The notes under the pieces were generated by a model. That model was not told the origin of the DNA, did no database searches, and worked only from the letters and a program-made list of their open reading frames with translations. A stretch of 54,960 bases of DNA from Candidatus Woesearchaeota archaeon. Lineage in GTDB: Archaea; Nanobdellota; Nanobdellia; SCGC-AAA011-G17; UBA489. The translations under genes and the position numbers were made by a program. The first letter of the stretch is position 1, and each line of letters begins with the position of its first letter. The stretch covers positions 1 to 54,960 of the forward strand of contig JAERTB010000009.1 in the NCBI GenBank assembly GCA_016845225.1. The letters run 5' to 3'. Shown piece by piece: positions 20,408 through 28,994 of this stretch.

Positions 20408-20496
20408 CTTACCTAAGTACCAAAAACAAAGAAATAAGCAGAACAATAAACTTATATACTATAGTATATAGGTTATAGTAACTATTCGGAGACAAA

Positions 20497-21039
20497 ATGA
20501 ACAAAATATCCAAAATTATAGCTGCTGGAATCGTAGCCACAGGATTATATGCTGCAAATGAAAATGCAGACTTATACAATAGAACAATCCATACAGTTAC
20601 AGATCAAGGAATTGTAGATATCACAGTAAAAAATATTATTACTGGTAGACATGGCTATCAATGTTCTTTAACAGTAAGAGAAAATGCAGAAGAAAATGGA
20701 AAAACAATCAATCCTGCAGACGCACATTCTTTAAAATATAACAATGAAGTTTCTTTTGAAAATTTAAATGAGAAATCTTTAAGGAAATTAGTTTCTGAAA
20801 ATAAGATTGAAAAATGGGATGGATTAACATTATACAACCCATCATCTAAATTTAATGAAGGGTTAGACAATCAAGGCAACAAAAAAGGAAATACTCATGT
20901 AGCAAGTTATATTGGTACGAGAAAAGGAGAACCTTTATTTGCTCACCAACATGCATATAAGACTAAAGTTAACACATTAGAAGAATTAATTGATATGGGT
21001 TTTTCTCCAGTAGAAGTAATAGTAGCACAAGATCAATAA
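20497..21039 (+). CDS. secreted or membrane-anchored hypothetical protein (possible papain-fold hydrolase)
   Basis: N-terminal hydrophobic anchor. Single Cys in YQCSLTV and a later HVASYIG..PLFAHQH. See findings. Confidence 0.55.
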   Translation: MNKISKIIAAGIVATGLYAANENADLYNRTIHTVTDQGIVDITVKNIITGRHGYQCSLTVRENAEENGKTINPADAHSLKYNNEVSFENLNEKSLRKLVSENKIEKWDGLTLYNPSSKFNEGLDNQGNKKGNTHVASYIGTRKGEPLFAHQHAYKTKVNTLEELIDMGFSPVEVIVAQDQ

Positions 21040-21689
21040 TTTTTTAGATTTTCACTATACATTTCTTTAGTTTCAATCGGTTCTGGTTTAAACATATATG
21101 CCCTATCCCAATCAAAATAACCACATCTAAAATTTTCTAAAGGGATTCCAGTTCTTTTACTTAACATGATTGCATAAAAATAAACTTGCGTATCTGCATA
21201 TTTTTCTTTATGTGCATTTGGTTTATAATCCCAAACCCAAATTTTACCATCCTCTACACCTAATACATCTATGTGTCCAGTTAATGGTTCAGTACTTTTG
21301 AATATTTTTTCATAATTTGGAATTTCATCACTATTTAACCAAATAGGGACTTCTATCGCCACAGTATCATGATCATTTTCCAACATATGCAATTGGACTT
21401 TACTATGATTGCATTTGAATCTTTCAGCATTAACTTCTAGTCCGTCTTTTGCAAGTTTGCAAACTCTATGTCCAGTAAGCTCAACAATTTCATGAGAAGT
21501 ATTAAATTTTAGCGCACTTCCTCTAGGACCTCTTCCAAAATAATCGTCTGGGCAATTTCCAAACATCTTTTCCATAAAATTTTCTAGTTCAGGAAATTGT
21601 TCGCCACAAAGAGCCTTAATTTTATCCTTATGGGTTCTATAAATATAGATTCCTCCAGGATGTTCCAACTTTGTATATTTTACCACCAC
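21033..21689 (-). CDS. PD-(D/E)xK superfamily nuclease-like protein
   Basis: GHIDVLG ... IWVWDYKP ... QVYFYA match the D / (D/E)xK / QxxxY motif order of RecB/Cas4-type nucleases. GTG start. No C-terminal Cys cluster. Confidence 0.55.
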   Translation of the reverse strand: MVVKYTKLEHPGGIYIYRTHKDKIKALCGEQFPELENFMEKMFGNCPDDYFGRGPRGSALKFNTSHEIVELTGHRVCKLAKDGLEVNAERFKCNHSKVQLHMLENDHDTVAIEVPIWLNSDEIPNYEKIFKSTEPLTGHIDVLGVEDGKIWVWDYKPNAHKEKYADTQVYFYAIMLSKRTGIPLENFRCGYFDWDRAYMFKPEPIETKEMYSENLKNY

Positions 21690-21738
21690 TTTAAAGACAA
21701 TTAACCAATTTCTATTTTAAAGATTATTTATAATAAGG

Positions 21739-21746
21739 TATATAAA
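21739..21746 (+). promoter_or_regulatory. TATA box of fen
   Basis: tatataaa lies 23 nt before the ATG at 21769. Confidence 0.6.
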
Positions 21747-21768
21747 TCTAAATAAGGTAATACCTATC

Positions 21769-22791
21769 ATGGGTGTTAAAATATCAGATATCATTGAAAA
21801 GAATAAGATCTCTTTTCAAGAACTAAAAGATAAAAAGATAGCTGTAGATTTTTCCAATGCAGCCTATCAATTTCTTACATCTATTAGGCAAAGAGATGGA
21901 ACCCCTTTAATGGATGAAAATGGAAACATTACAAGTCATTTACAAGGTATTCTTTCTCGTTCAGCAAATTTAATCTCGCAAGGCATCAAAATAGCATACG
22001 TTTTAGATGGACCGCCTCCAGAATTAAAAATATTAACTCAACAAAAAAGACATGAATCTAAAATAATTGCACAAGAGAAATTTGAAGATGCAAAAGAAAA
22101 CGGAGATACTGCATCCATGTTAAAATATTCTAGACAATTCACAAGATTAACTAAAGAAATGTCTAAAGAATCTGCAGAATTAATCAGAGCAATGGGAATT
22201 CCTGTAATTCAGGCACCTTCTGAAGCAGATGCACAAATTGCACAATGTTGTAAGGCCGGAGATGTTTGGGCAGGATCCACAACAGATTTTGATGTATTGC
22301 TTCACGGATGTCCAAAAGTTGTAACAAATTTAACAATTTCTCAAATAAAAAAAACATCTACAGGAGCAACAATCAAGAATGCTCCTGATTTCATAAATCT
22401 TCAAGAGGCATTAGACAAATTAAAATTAACACAGAATCAATTAATCTCCTTAGGAATACTTGTAGGGACAGATTACCACAAAGGGATCCATGGAATTGGT
22501 CCAAAAAAAGCCTTAAAGATTATTAGAGAATATAAAACGCCCAAAAAAATATTTGAACAACATCCCTTACCAGGACAAGATTGGGAAGAAATATTTGAAC
22601 TATTCAAAAATATGAAAGTAGAAAAAGATTACAACTTAAACTGGACAATTCCAGATACTGAAAAAGTATTAAGAATTTTGGTAGATAAACATGGATTTTT
22701 AGAATCAAGAGTAATGTCTTCAATAAACAAATTAACAGGAAACAATATTAAAGTTTCTGCAGATCAAAAAGGATTAGGTGCATGGATATGA
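21769..22791 (+). CDS. fen: flap endonuclease 1
   Basis: XPG N and I regions (GVKISDII, PSEADAQ). C-terminal PIP box QKGLGAWI. Confidence 0.95.
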   Translation: MGVKISDIIEKNKISFQELKDKKIAVDFSNAAYQFLTSIRQRDGTPLMDENGNITSHLQGILSRSANLISQGIKIAYVLDGPPPELKILTQQKRHESKIIAQEKFEDAKENGDTASMLKYSRQFTRLTKEMSKESAELIRAMGIPVIQAPSEADAQIAQCCKAGDVWAGSTTDFDVLLHGCPKVVTNLTISQIKKTSTGATIKNAPDFINLQEALDKLKLTQNQLISLGILVGTDYHKGIHGIGPKKALKIIREYKTPKKIFEQHPLPGQDWEEIFELFKNMKVEKDYNLNWTIPDTEKVLRILVDKHGFLESRVMSSINKLTGNNIKVSADQKGLGAWI

Positions 22792-23687
22792 TTGAATGGT
22801 ACTTTTTAATGGCTGGTGTAATTCTCTTATCAGGATTAGGTTCAATAATTGAAAAGAAAACACTCTTCAAAGAGCACGCAATGGAATTTTCTGCAGTTTT
22901 CTCAATCTTAATTTTTTTATTTTCTCTTCCACTAATACCTTATCTTAATTTATCATTCTCCTCTTCTTTTTGGATACCTCTGTACATCTTATCTATTATT
23001 CTTGCAGTAGCATTCCTTTTTGTAGCAAAAGCATCAAGACATATGGAACTTTCTTCCTCTTCTCCATTATTTGCGTTTGGCCCAGTAATTACTGCAGTTT
23101 TAGCGTGGTTGTTTCTAAAAGAGTCCTTAACAACATTTCAACTAGGAGGAATTGGTTTGATTTTTTTAGGCTCATACTTATTAGAAATGAAACCTAAAAA
23201 GTCATTCATAAAGGAACTATGTACTCCTTTAAAAACAATAATCAAATCAAAATATATTCACTTTATGTTATTTGCTATTTTTTTATATGCAGTCTCAGCA
23301 ATAATAACTAGATTTTTTCTAAATGCTTCAAACCCCTCACATATCGAGCCAATAACTTTATTATTCATCATAAATATGTTTGTAGCATTTAATTTATTTA
23401 TATTAATTTCAATCTGCCATGATGGTTACAAAGGAATAATGCATGGAATTCAATCAGCAGGAGGATGGATAGCATTAATGGCAATAGTTCTTTTGGCAAA
23501 TAGGTTGTTACTATCATATGCTATGGCAATTCCTTCAGCAAAGATCGCATTAGTGATTGCATTCAGAAGAACAAGCCTAATCATCTCAACATTCTTTGGT
23601 GGAAAGTTATTCAAAGATAAACATTTAACACAAAAAACATTTGCGGCAATGATAATGGTCTTGGGGGCAATAGTCTTAGTTATTTAA
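22782..23687 (+). CDS. EamA/DMT-family transporter
   Basis: About 10 hydrophobic segments in a duplicated EamA-like pattern. An alternative start at 22788 would give an ATGA overlap with the fen stop. Confidence 0.75.
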   Translation: MDMIEWYFLMAGVILLSGLGSIIEKKTLFKEHAMEFSAVFSILIFLFSLPLIPYLNLSFSSSFWIPLYILSIILAVAFLFVAKASRHMELSSSSPLFAFGPVITAVLAWLFLKESLTTFQLGGIGLIFLGSYLLEMKPKKSFIKELCTPLKTIIKSKYIHFMLFAIFLYAVSAIITRFFLNASNPSHIEPITLLFIINMFVAFNLFILISICHDGYKGIMHGIQSAGGWIALMAIVLLANRLLLSYAMAIPSAKIALVIAFRRTSLIISTFFGGKLFKDKHLTQKTFAAMIMVLGAIVLVI

Positions 23688-23688
23688 G

Positions 23689-24498
23689 ATGGTAAAATTA
23701 AATAAAGTTTTATTAGAGGAAAAAATAATTACTAAATCAGAATTAAATTTTGTACCCAATTCATTTGATACAGTGGGAGACATTGCTATTTTTAATGAAA
23801 TTCCTCAAGAGATTAAGAAAAAAGAAAAGAAAATAGGCAAGAAACTTTTAGAGCTACAAAAAAACATAAAAGTAGTTGTAAAAAAATCAGGAAAATATTC
23901 TGGAAGGCTTAGAACGCCCAAATTAACACATTTGGCTGGTGAAAGAAGAAAGGTCACAGCACATGTAGAATCTGGTTGTAAATTAAATTTAGACGTAGAA
24001 AAATGTTATTTCTCAACAAGGTCTGGGGCAGAAAGACTCAGAATAGCTAAAAAAACTAAGAAAAATGAATCTGTACTCGTAATGTTTTCTGGAATTGCTC
24101 CATTTCCTTGCATAATTTCCAAACATTCTAATGCAAAAGAAATTCATGCAGTGGAATTAAACAGAACAGCACATAAGTTTGCAAAACAAAATATTTTACA
24201 GAATAAATTAGAAAATGTATTTTTACATCAAGGAGATGTAAATAAAATATTGCCAGTAATTAAAAAGAAATTTGACAGAATCATAATGCCTTTACCAAAA
24301 TCTGCTAAAAATTATTTAGATTTAGCATTAAAAAAACTAAAATCGAAAGGAACAATTCACTTATACCTATTTGCAAATGAAACAGAATTCAAAAATATAA
24401 AAAAAGAATACAAAAAGAAATTCAAAACAGTAAAATTAACAAAAGCAGGCCATTTTGGTCCAGGTGTTTTTAGAATCTGTTTAGATCTTAAGAAGTAA
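23689..24498 (+). CDS. trm5: Trm5/Taw2-type (Met-10+) SAM-dependent tRNA methyltransferase
   Basis: FDTVGDIAIFNE..., VMFSGIAPF and ELN match the Met-10+ family pattern. Confidence 0.7.
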   Translation: MVKLNKVLLEEKIITKSELNFVPNSFDTVGDIAIFNEIPQEIKKKEKKIGKKLLELQKNIKVVVKKSGKYSGRLRTPKLTHLAGERRKVTAHVESGCKLNLDVEKCYFSTRSGAERLRIAKKTKKNESVLVMFSGIAPFPCIISKHSNAKEIHAVELNRTAHKFAKQNILQNKLENVFLHQGDVNKILPVIKKKFDRIIMPLPKSAKNYLDLALKKLKSKGTIHLYLFANETEFKNIKKEYKKKFKTVKLTKAGHFGPGVFRICLDLKK

Positions 24499-24499
24499 A

Positions 24500-25813
24500 T
24501 TAAAATTCCAATTCTTTCTTAACTTTAATTGCACTCGGTGCTTCTCCACCATGCCAACTTCTTTTTGGATGAACTCTCATAGGGTAGATTCTTTCACTAT
24601 TATCATCTAAAATAATTGCACTCCCCTTTAACCTTGGCAAATTATTAATATAACTCTGCAAATCACTAACCAAATAGCTCTGCATCATACTATTCAATGC
24701 ATCAATGTCTGGCTTAGCAGTCAATCTATGGCTTAATACAATATCGCTTTGAGTCAAAACATCTTTGTGAATCTCTCCCGGTTGTTGAGTAACTAACACT
24801 AAGCTAACTCCTGGTTGTCTCCCTTCTCTTAATAATTGTACAAGTGCGTCTGTTGCAGGAGTTTTTCCAACACGAGGTAAAAACTCGTGAGCTTCATCAA
24901 TCATAATCCAGACCATTGGCTTTTCTTGTTTATTTTCTTCGTAAAAATAACTATGCTGCCTTTCAATATCTTCCATCTCTTCTTGTTTTCTAGCACCCAT
25001 TCGCTCATTCAATAATTTTCTAGAGATTAAACCAATAACCAATCCCTTAATACTCCAATCTCCAGAAGTTCTGGTATATGCGCTAATGTCTAATACATTC
25101 ACGCTAGAGGGTTTCATTAAATCCTCAATACTTGTTCCTTTTTTTGCAAATAAACCCCATTTATCTGCAGCCAAAAATCTATTTTCTACAGCATCTTTAA
25201 CATGTTTTTCACTCTTAGTATCTTTTTGAACCGCAGCAATTATCTGTTTAACTGAAAAATCTTTATGTTGTTCAATTAGTTCACTAATAACTCTCTCAAT
25301 CAAAACTCCAATTGGGTCCGTAACCTTAACACCAAACACATTACTCCAGTCAGCAGCATCTAATTCACTAGTTCTAATTGTAAATGAATAGTCTGTAGGT
25401 ATTCCTGCTTTCTTGTACTCTTCAAAATGTCCTTCAGGCGTAAAGATATTAATGTCTAATCCTTCCCCTTTCAACCCCCAAATATCTAATAGTTTTTCTT
25501 GTCTATTATTGGGATATTTCATCGTCCAGAAGACCCCCATAGTATCAAAAAACAAAACAGTTATATTTTTTTTAACTTCTTCAGGCAATCTTGCAATCTC
25601 TTCAGCCATAACAGAAGCAGAGTAACTTTTTCCTGACCCTCTTTTACCACAAATCATTACTACATGAGTTTTAGTAACGTCCATAAAAACTTCATTACTC
25701 AGAGAAGTAGTTGGACCCATCTTTACATAAGATTTTCCAAGATAAACGGTGCCTTTATCTCCAAATTTACGAATATCTTCTTGATTTCTTCCAACAATTA
25801 TCTTGTATGCCAC
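24500..25813 (-). CDS. HerA/FtsK-superfamily ATPase (DUF87-type)
   Basis: Walker A GKRGSGKSYS and Walker B WIMIDEAHEF. GTG start lies 9 nt after the SD GAGGTGA. Confidence 0.8.
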   Translation of the reverse strand: MAYKIIVGRNQEDIRKFGDKGTVYLGKSYVKMGPTTSLSNEVFMDVTKTHVVMICGKRGSGKSYSASVMAEEIARLPEEVKKNITVLFFDTMGVFWTMKYPNNRQEKLLDIWGLKGEGLDINIFTPEGHFEEYKKAGIPTDYSFTIRTSELDAADWSNVFGVKVTDPIGVLIERVISELIEQHKDFSVKQIIAAVQKDTKSEKHVKDAVENRFLAADKWGLFAKKGTSIEDLMKPSSVNVLDISAYTRTSGDWSIKGLVIGLISRKLLNERMGARKQEEMEDIERQHSYFYEENKQEKPMVWIMIDEAHEFLPRVGKTPATDALVQLLREGRQPGVSLVLVTQQPGEIHKDVLTQSDIVLSHRLTAKPDIDALNSMMQSYLVSDLQSYINNLPRLKGSAIILDDNSERIYPMRVHPKRSWHGGEAPSAIKVKKELEF

Positions 25814-25876
25814 AAAAATAGTTCACCTCTAAACAATTTAAACTCATCAATTTATAAAAACCTTTCTTACCCATAA

Positions 25877-25886
25877 TTATATAAAA
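25877..25886 (+). promoter_or_regulatory. TATA box of htpX
   Basis: ttatataaaa lies about 22 nt before the ATG at 25908. Confidence 0.6.
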
Positions 25887-25907
25887 CTAAAGAGATAATT
25901 CAAAAAT

Positions 25908-26756
25908 ATGATATTTAATAGACTTAAGACGTTTTTACTCTTAATATCCTTATCTGCACTAATTTTAGCAATAGGGCAAATATTTGGAGGATCTACTGGA
26001 TTAACCTTCGCATTTATTCTAGCAATAGGTATGAATTTTTTCTCATATTTCTTTTCACATAAATTAGTGCTTAAGATGTATAAGGCTCAGCCAATATCAA
26101 AATCACAAGCACCAGGAATTCATAAAATAGTTGAATCAATTGCAAGAAAAGCAGGAATTCCAAAACCTAAAATCTACTTAATACCTAGTGAAACTCCAAA
26201 TGCATTTGCAACAGGAAGAAATCCAAAAAATGCAGTAGTTGCAGTAACTAATGGAATAGTAAACCTCCTTTCAAAAAAAGAATTAGAAGGAGTTCTTGCA
26301 CATGAAATTGGACATGTAAAGAACAGAGATATTTTAATTTCAACAATAGCGGCAACTTTAGCAACAGTTATTATGTATGTATCTTCAATGGCAAGGTTTG
26401 CAATGTTCTTTGGAGGCGGAAGAGATTCTGAAGGAAACTCAAACATTATTCAATTATTAGTTTTAGCAATAGTTGCGCCAATAGCAGCAATGATAATTCA
26501 ATTTGCAATTTCACGTTCAAGAGAATTTATGGCAGATGAAACTGCGGCAAAGTTAACAAAAGAGCCAAAACATTTAGCAACCGCATTACAAAAATTAGAA
26601 GATTACTCAAAAAGAATCCCATTAAAATTAGGAAATAAGTCTACCTCTTCTTTATTCATAGTTAATCCTTTCAGTGGAGCAAAGGCACTAAGTTTATTTT
26701 CCACACACCCTTCAACAAAAGATAGAATAAACAGATTAAATTCTCTCAAATTTTAA
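25908..26756 (+). CDS. htpX: HtpX-type M48 membrane protease
   Basis: HEIGH zinc motif, four TM segments, and NAFATG. Confidence 0.9.
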   Translation: MIFNRLKTFLLLISLSALILAIGQIFGGSTGLTFAFILAIGMNFFSYFFSHKLVLKMYKAQPISKSQAPGIHKIVESIARKAGIPKPKIYLIPSETPNAFATGRNPKNAVVAVTNGIVNLLSKKELEGVLAHEIGHVKNRDILISTIAATLATVIMYVSSMARFAMFFGGGRDSEGNSNIIQLLVLAIVAPIAAMIIQFAISRSREFMADETAAKLTKEPKHLATALQKLEDYSKRIPLKLGNKSTSSLFIVNPFSGAKALSLFSTHPSTKDRINRLNSLKF

Positions 26757-26757
26757 T

Positions 26758-27927
26758 CTATTTTCTCAGCCATTCAACTTCTTCAGGACTTAATCCTAAA
26801 TCTGGAAGCCTTCCATTTTTAGCCATCAATTTCAAATAGGGTAAATGTTTTTTAACAAATCCTTTCTTAGAAGAGTGCATACTGCTCGCAAGTTTATCAC
26901 AAATACTTTTACGTTTCATAGTCTTCATATTATTCATCCATATTTTCAATGGCCTATCGCTTCTTTTATAGGGCACAAATCCTTTTTTATTTTCTTTTTT
27001 AGAAAAAGCAATACCATAACTTAACAAATTATAAACATAAGCAAGATACCTCCAATGTTGCCACCTCATAATTCTTCTATTAAAAATATCCACCTTGCTT
27101 AAGGTCATATAAGCATTATACAATTCTTCATCACCATACTCTGAAGGAATATTCTGTTCCAACCAAAGCATAATCTCTTTATGGTCTTCTTTAAGATTGT
27201 CATATACTCCTGACACATTTTCCCATTTCCTACTCTTAAACACAAGTCTCAATGCATCTAATATTGTCCCTTCTTTTTCTCTTTCATTATCTTCACTTTC
27301 TTCACTCAATTCAATTTTTCCCAAAATAGAATGGACTTGTAAATCATTGATTGCCCCTCGAATATCTCCGCCGACACGCCTAGCAATAGTTTTCAAATCT
27401 TCTTCTTCATAGGGAACATTCTCTCCTTCACAGACCTTTTTCAAAACAGTCACAATTCGTTCTGTTTCAACAGGACTAAATTCAATAACTTTAGATTTTT
27501 TCCTAGTAGCTGCTAACTTCTTTGTAAATGGATCCTCTGCAGTCATAATCACAGGAAACTTATTTTTCCCAAGAAGTTTATTCAAAAATAATAATCCTCC
27601 TCTATCCTCTCTACCCGAAATTCCATTTAATTCATCAATTAAAATTAATTTTTTTCTTTCAAACAAACTTTGCTGTTGCAAACTCCCTCCGATAACTCTT
27701 CTAACATTTTCACTATCTCTAAAATCTGAGGCATTCATTTCAACAAGCTCAAAATCATTTTCTTTAGCAATCATCTCAATAGTACTGGTCTTACCTGAGC
27801 CGGTTGGCCCATGTATTAAAGCAACACCCTTAGCATCAATAACAGCCATTAATTTTTTCAAAGAACTAGGGTCTACTGCTAAGTCAGTTACAGAATCAGC
27901 CTTATATTTTTCGCACCAAGGTTTCAT
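26758..27927 (-). CDS. rfcL: replication factor C large subunit
   Basis: PWCEKY, Walker A GPTGSGKTS, and LILIDELNG. Confidence 0.85.
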   Translation of the reverse strand: MKPWCEKYKADSVTDLAVDPSSLKKLMAVIDAKGVALIHGPTGSGKTSTIEMIAKENDFELVEMNASDFRDSENVRRVIGGSLQQQSLFERKKLILIDELNGISGREDRGGLLFLNKLLGKNKFPVIMTAEDPFTKKLAATRKKSKVIEFSPVETERIVTVLKKVCEGENVPYEEEDLKTIARRVGGDIRGAINDLQVHSILGKIELSEESEDNEREKEGTILDALRLVFKSRKWENVSGVYDNLKEDHKEIMLWLEQNIPSEYGDEELYNAYMTLSKVDIFNRRIMRWQHWRYLAYVYNLLSYGIAFSKKENKKGFVPYKRSDRPLKIWMNNMKTMKRKSICDKLASSMHSSKKGFVKKHLPYLKLMAKNGRLPDLGLSPEEVEWLRK

Positions 27928-28883
27928 TTTTTAAAAAGACCAAAACTAGCAAGCATAGCTTCAAGTTGTATGAATTCGTCACTTCCTTCAACTAACCTAA
28001 ACTCTGTCTCGCCACATTTTTCAATCATTTTCAATTTAACTTCACCATCAAGATCCAATCTTAAGATTTCAGCCTGTATTTGCTTGATGATGTCCATGCC
28101 ACTTAATCCATGACTCAACATAATTTTCAATAATTTTTCTCTAGATTCTTCAAATTTTCCGTCAATAGCCATTAACAAAACAACATCTAATTCTTTAGGC
28201 TTGACAAAATTATTAACTTCATAAACTGCTTCTCTGTCAATTGAATCTCCAACTACAGAACAACTTTGCATCGTATTAACAACACGTCTAACATCTCCAC
28301 CACTTATTTCAAATAGGGCTTCTTTAGCATCATCACTAACTTTCAAATTTTCAGCACTTGCAATACTATTTACTAGTTCTGCAATGTCTTCTTGTAATAA
28401 TGGTTTAAATCTAAACACTGCACATCTACTTTGAATCGGATCAATCAACTTACTAGAATAATTACAACTCAAAACAAATCTAGCAGTTCCAGAATAAGTT
28501 TCCATAGTTCTCCTCAATGCCTGTTGTGCTTCTTTGGTCAAACTATCGCACTCATCAAGATATATTATCTTGGGTAAATTGGTATCTACTGCCTTTGTTC
28601 TAGCAAAGTCTTTAATTTTATTTCTAATAACATCAATTCCTCTTTCATCACTAGCATTTGTTTCTAAAAAATTACTTCTCCAATTGTCTCCAAAAAGTTC
28701 TTTAGCAATTACTAAAGATAAGGTAGTTTTTCCAATACCTGCAGGTCCAGCCAACAATAAATGAGGCATGTTTCCTTTCTCTACAAATGCTTTTACTTTC
28801 TTAACAATCTCTTTATGCCCATAAACTTCAGAAAATTTGTTAGGTCTATACTTTTCAGTCCAGATTTTTAGAGAATCTTCCAT
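27924..28883 (-). CDS. rfcS: replication factor C small subunit
   Basis: WTEKYRP, GPAGIGKTT, DECD and SRC motifs. Start placed at ATG 28883; the track uses TTG at 28892. ATGA overlap with rfcL. Confidence 0.95.
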   Translation of the reverse strand: MEDSLKIWTEKYRPNKFSEVYGHKEIVKKVKAFVEKGNMPHLLLAGPAGIGKTTLSLVIAKELFGDNWRSNFLETNASDERGIDVIRNKIKDFARTKAVDTNLPKIIYLDECDSLTKEAQQALRRTMETYSGTARFVLSCNYSSKLIDPIQSRCAVFRFKPLLQEDIAELVNSIASAENLKVSDDAKEALFEISGGDVRRVVNTMQSCSVVGDSIDREAVYEVNNFVKPKELDVVLLMAIDGKFEESREKLLKIMLSHGLSGMDIIKQIQAEILRLDLDGEVKLKMIEKCGETEFRLVEGSDEFIQLEAMLASFGLFKK

Positions 28884-28905
28884 GAAAATCAATTAGAAAT
28901 ATTAT

Positions 28906-28914
28906 CTTTATAAG
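28906..28914 (-). promoter_or_regulatory. TATA box of the rfcS-rfcL operon
   Basis: The minus strand reads cttataaag, 22 nt before the ATG at 28883. Confidence 0.5.
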
Positions 28915-28960
28915 TTTTATTGGGTTAGAGGTTAAAATCTCAAAATCTTTTAGCATAACG

Positions 28961-28968
28961 TATATAAA
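28961..28968 (+). promoter_or_regulatory. TATA box of ileS
   Basis: tatataaa lies 27 nt before the ATG at 28995. Confidence 0.6.
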
Positions 28969-28994
28969 CCACTTATCAGCTAATATTCTTTAAC

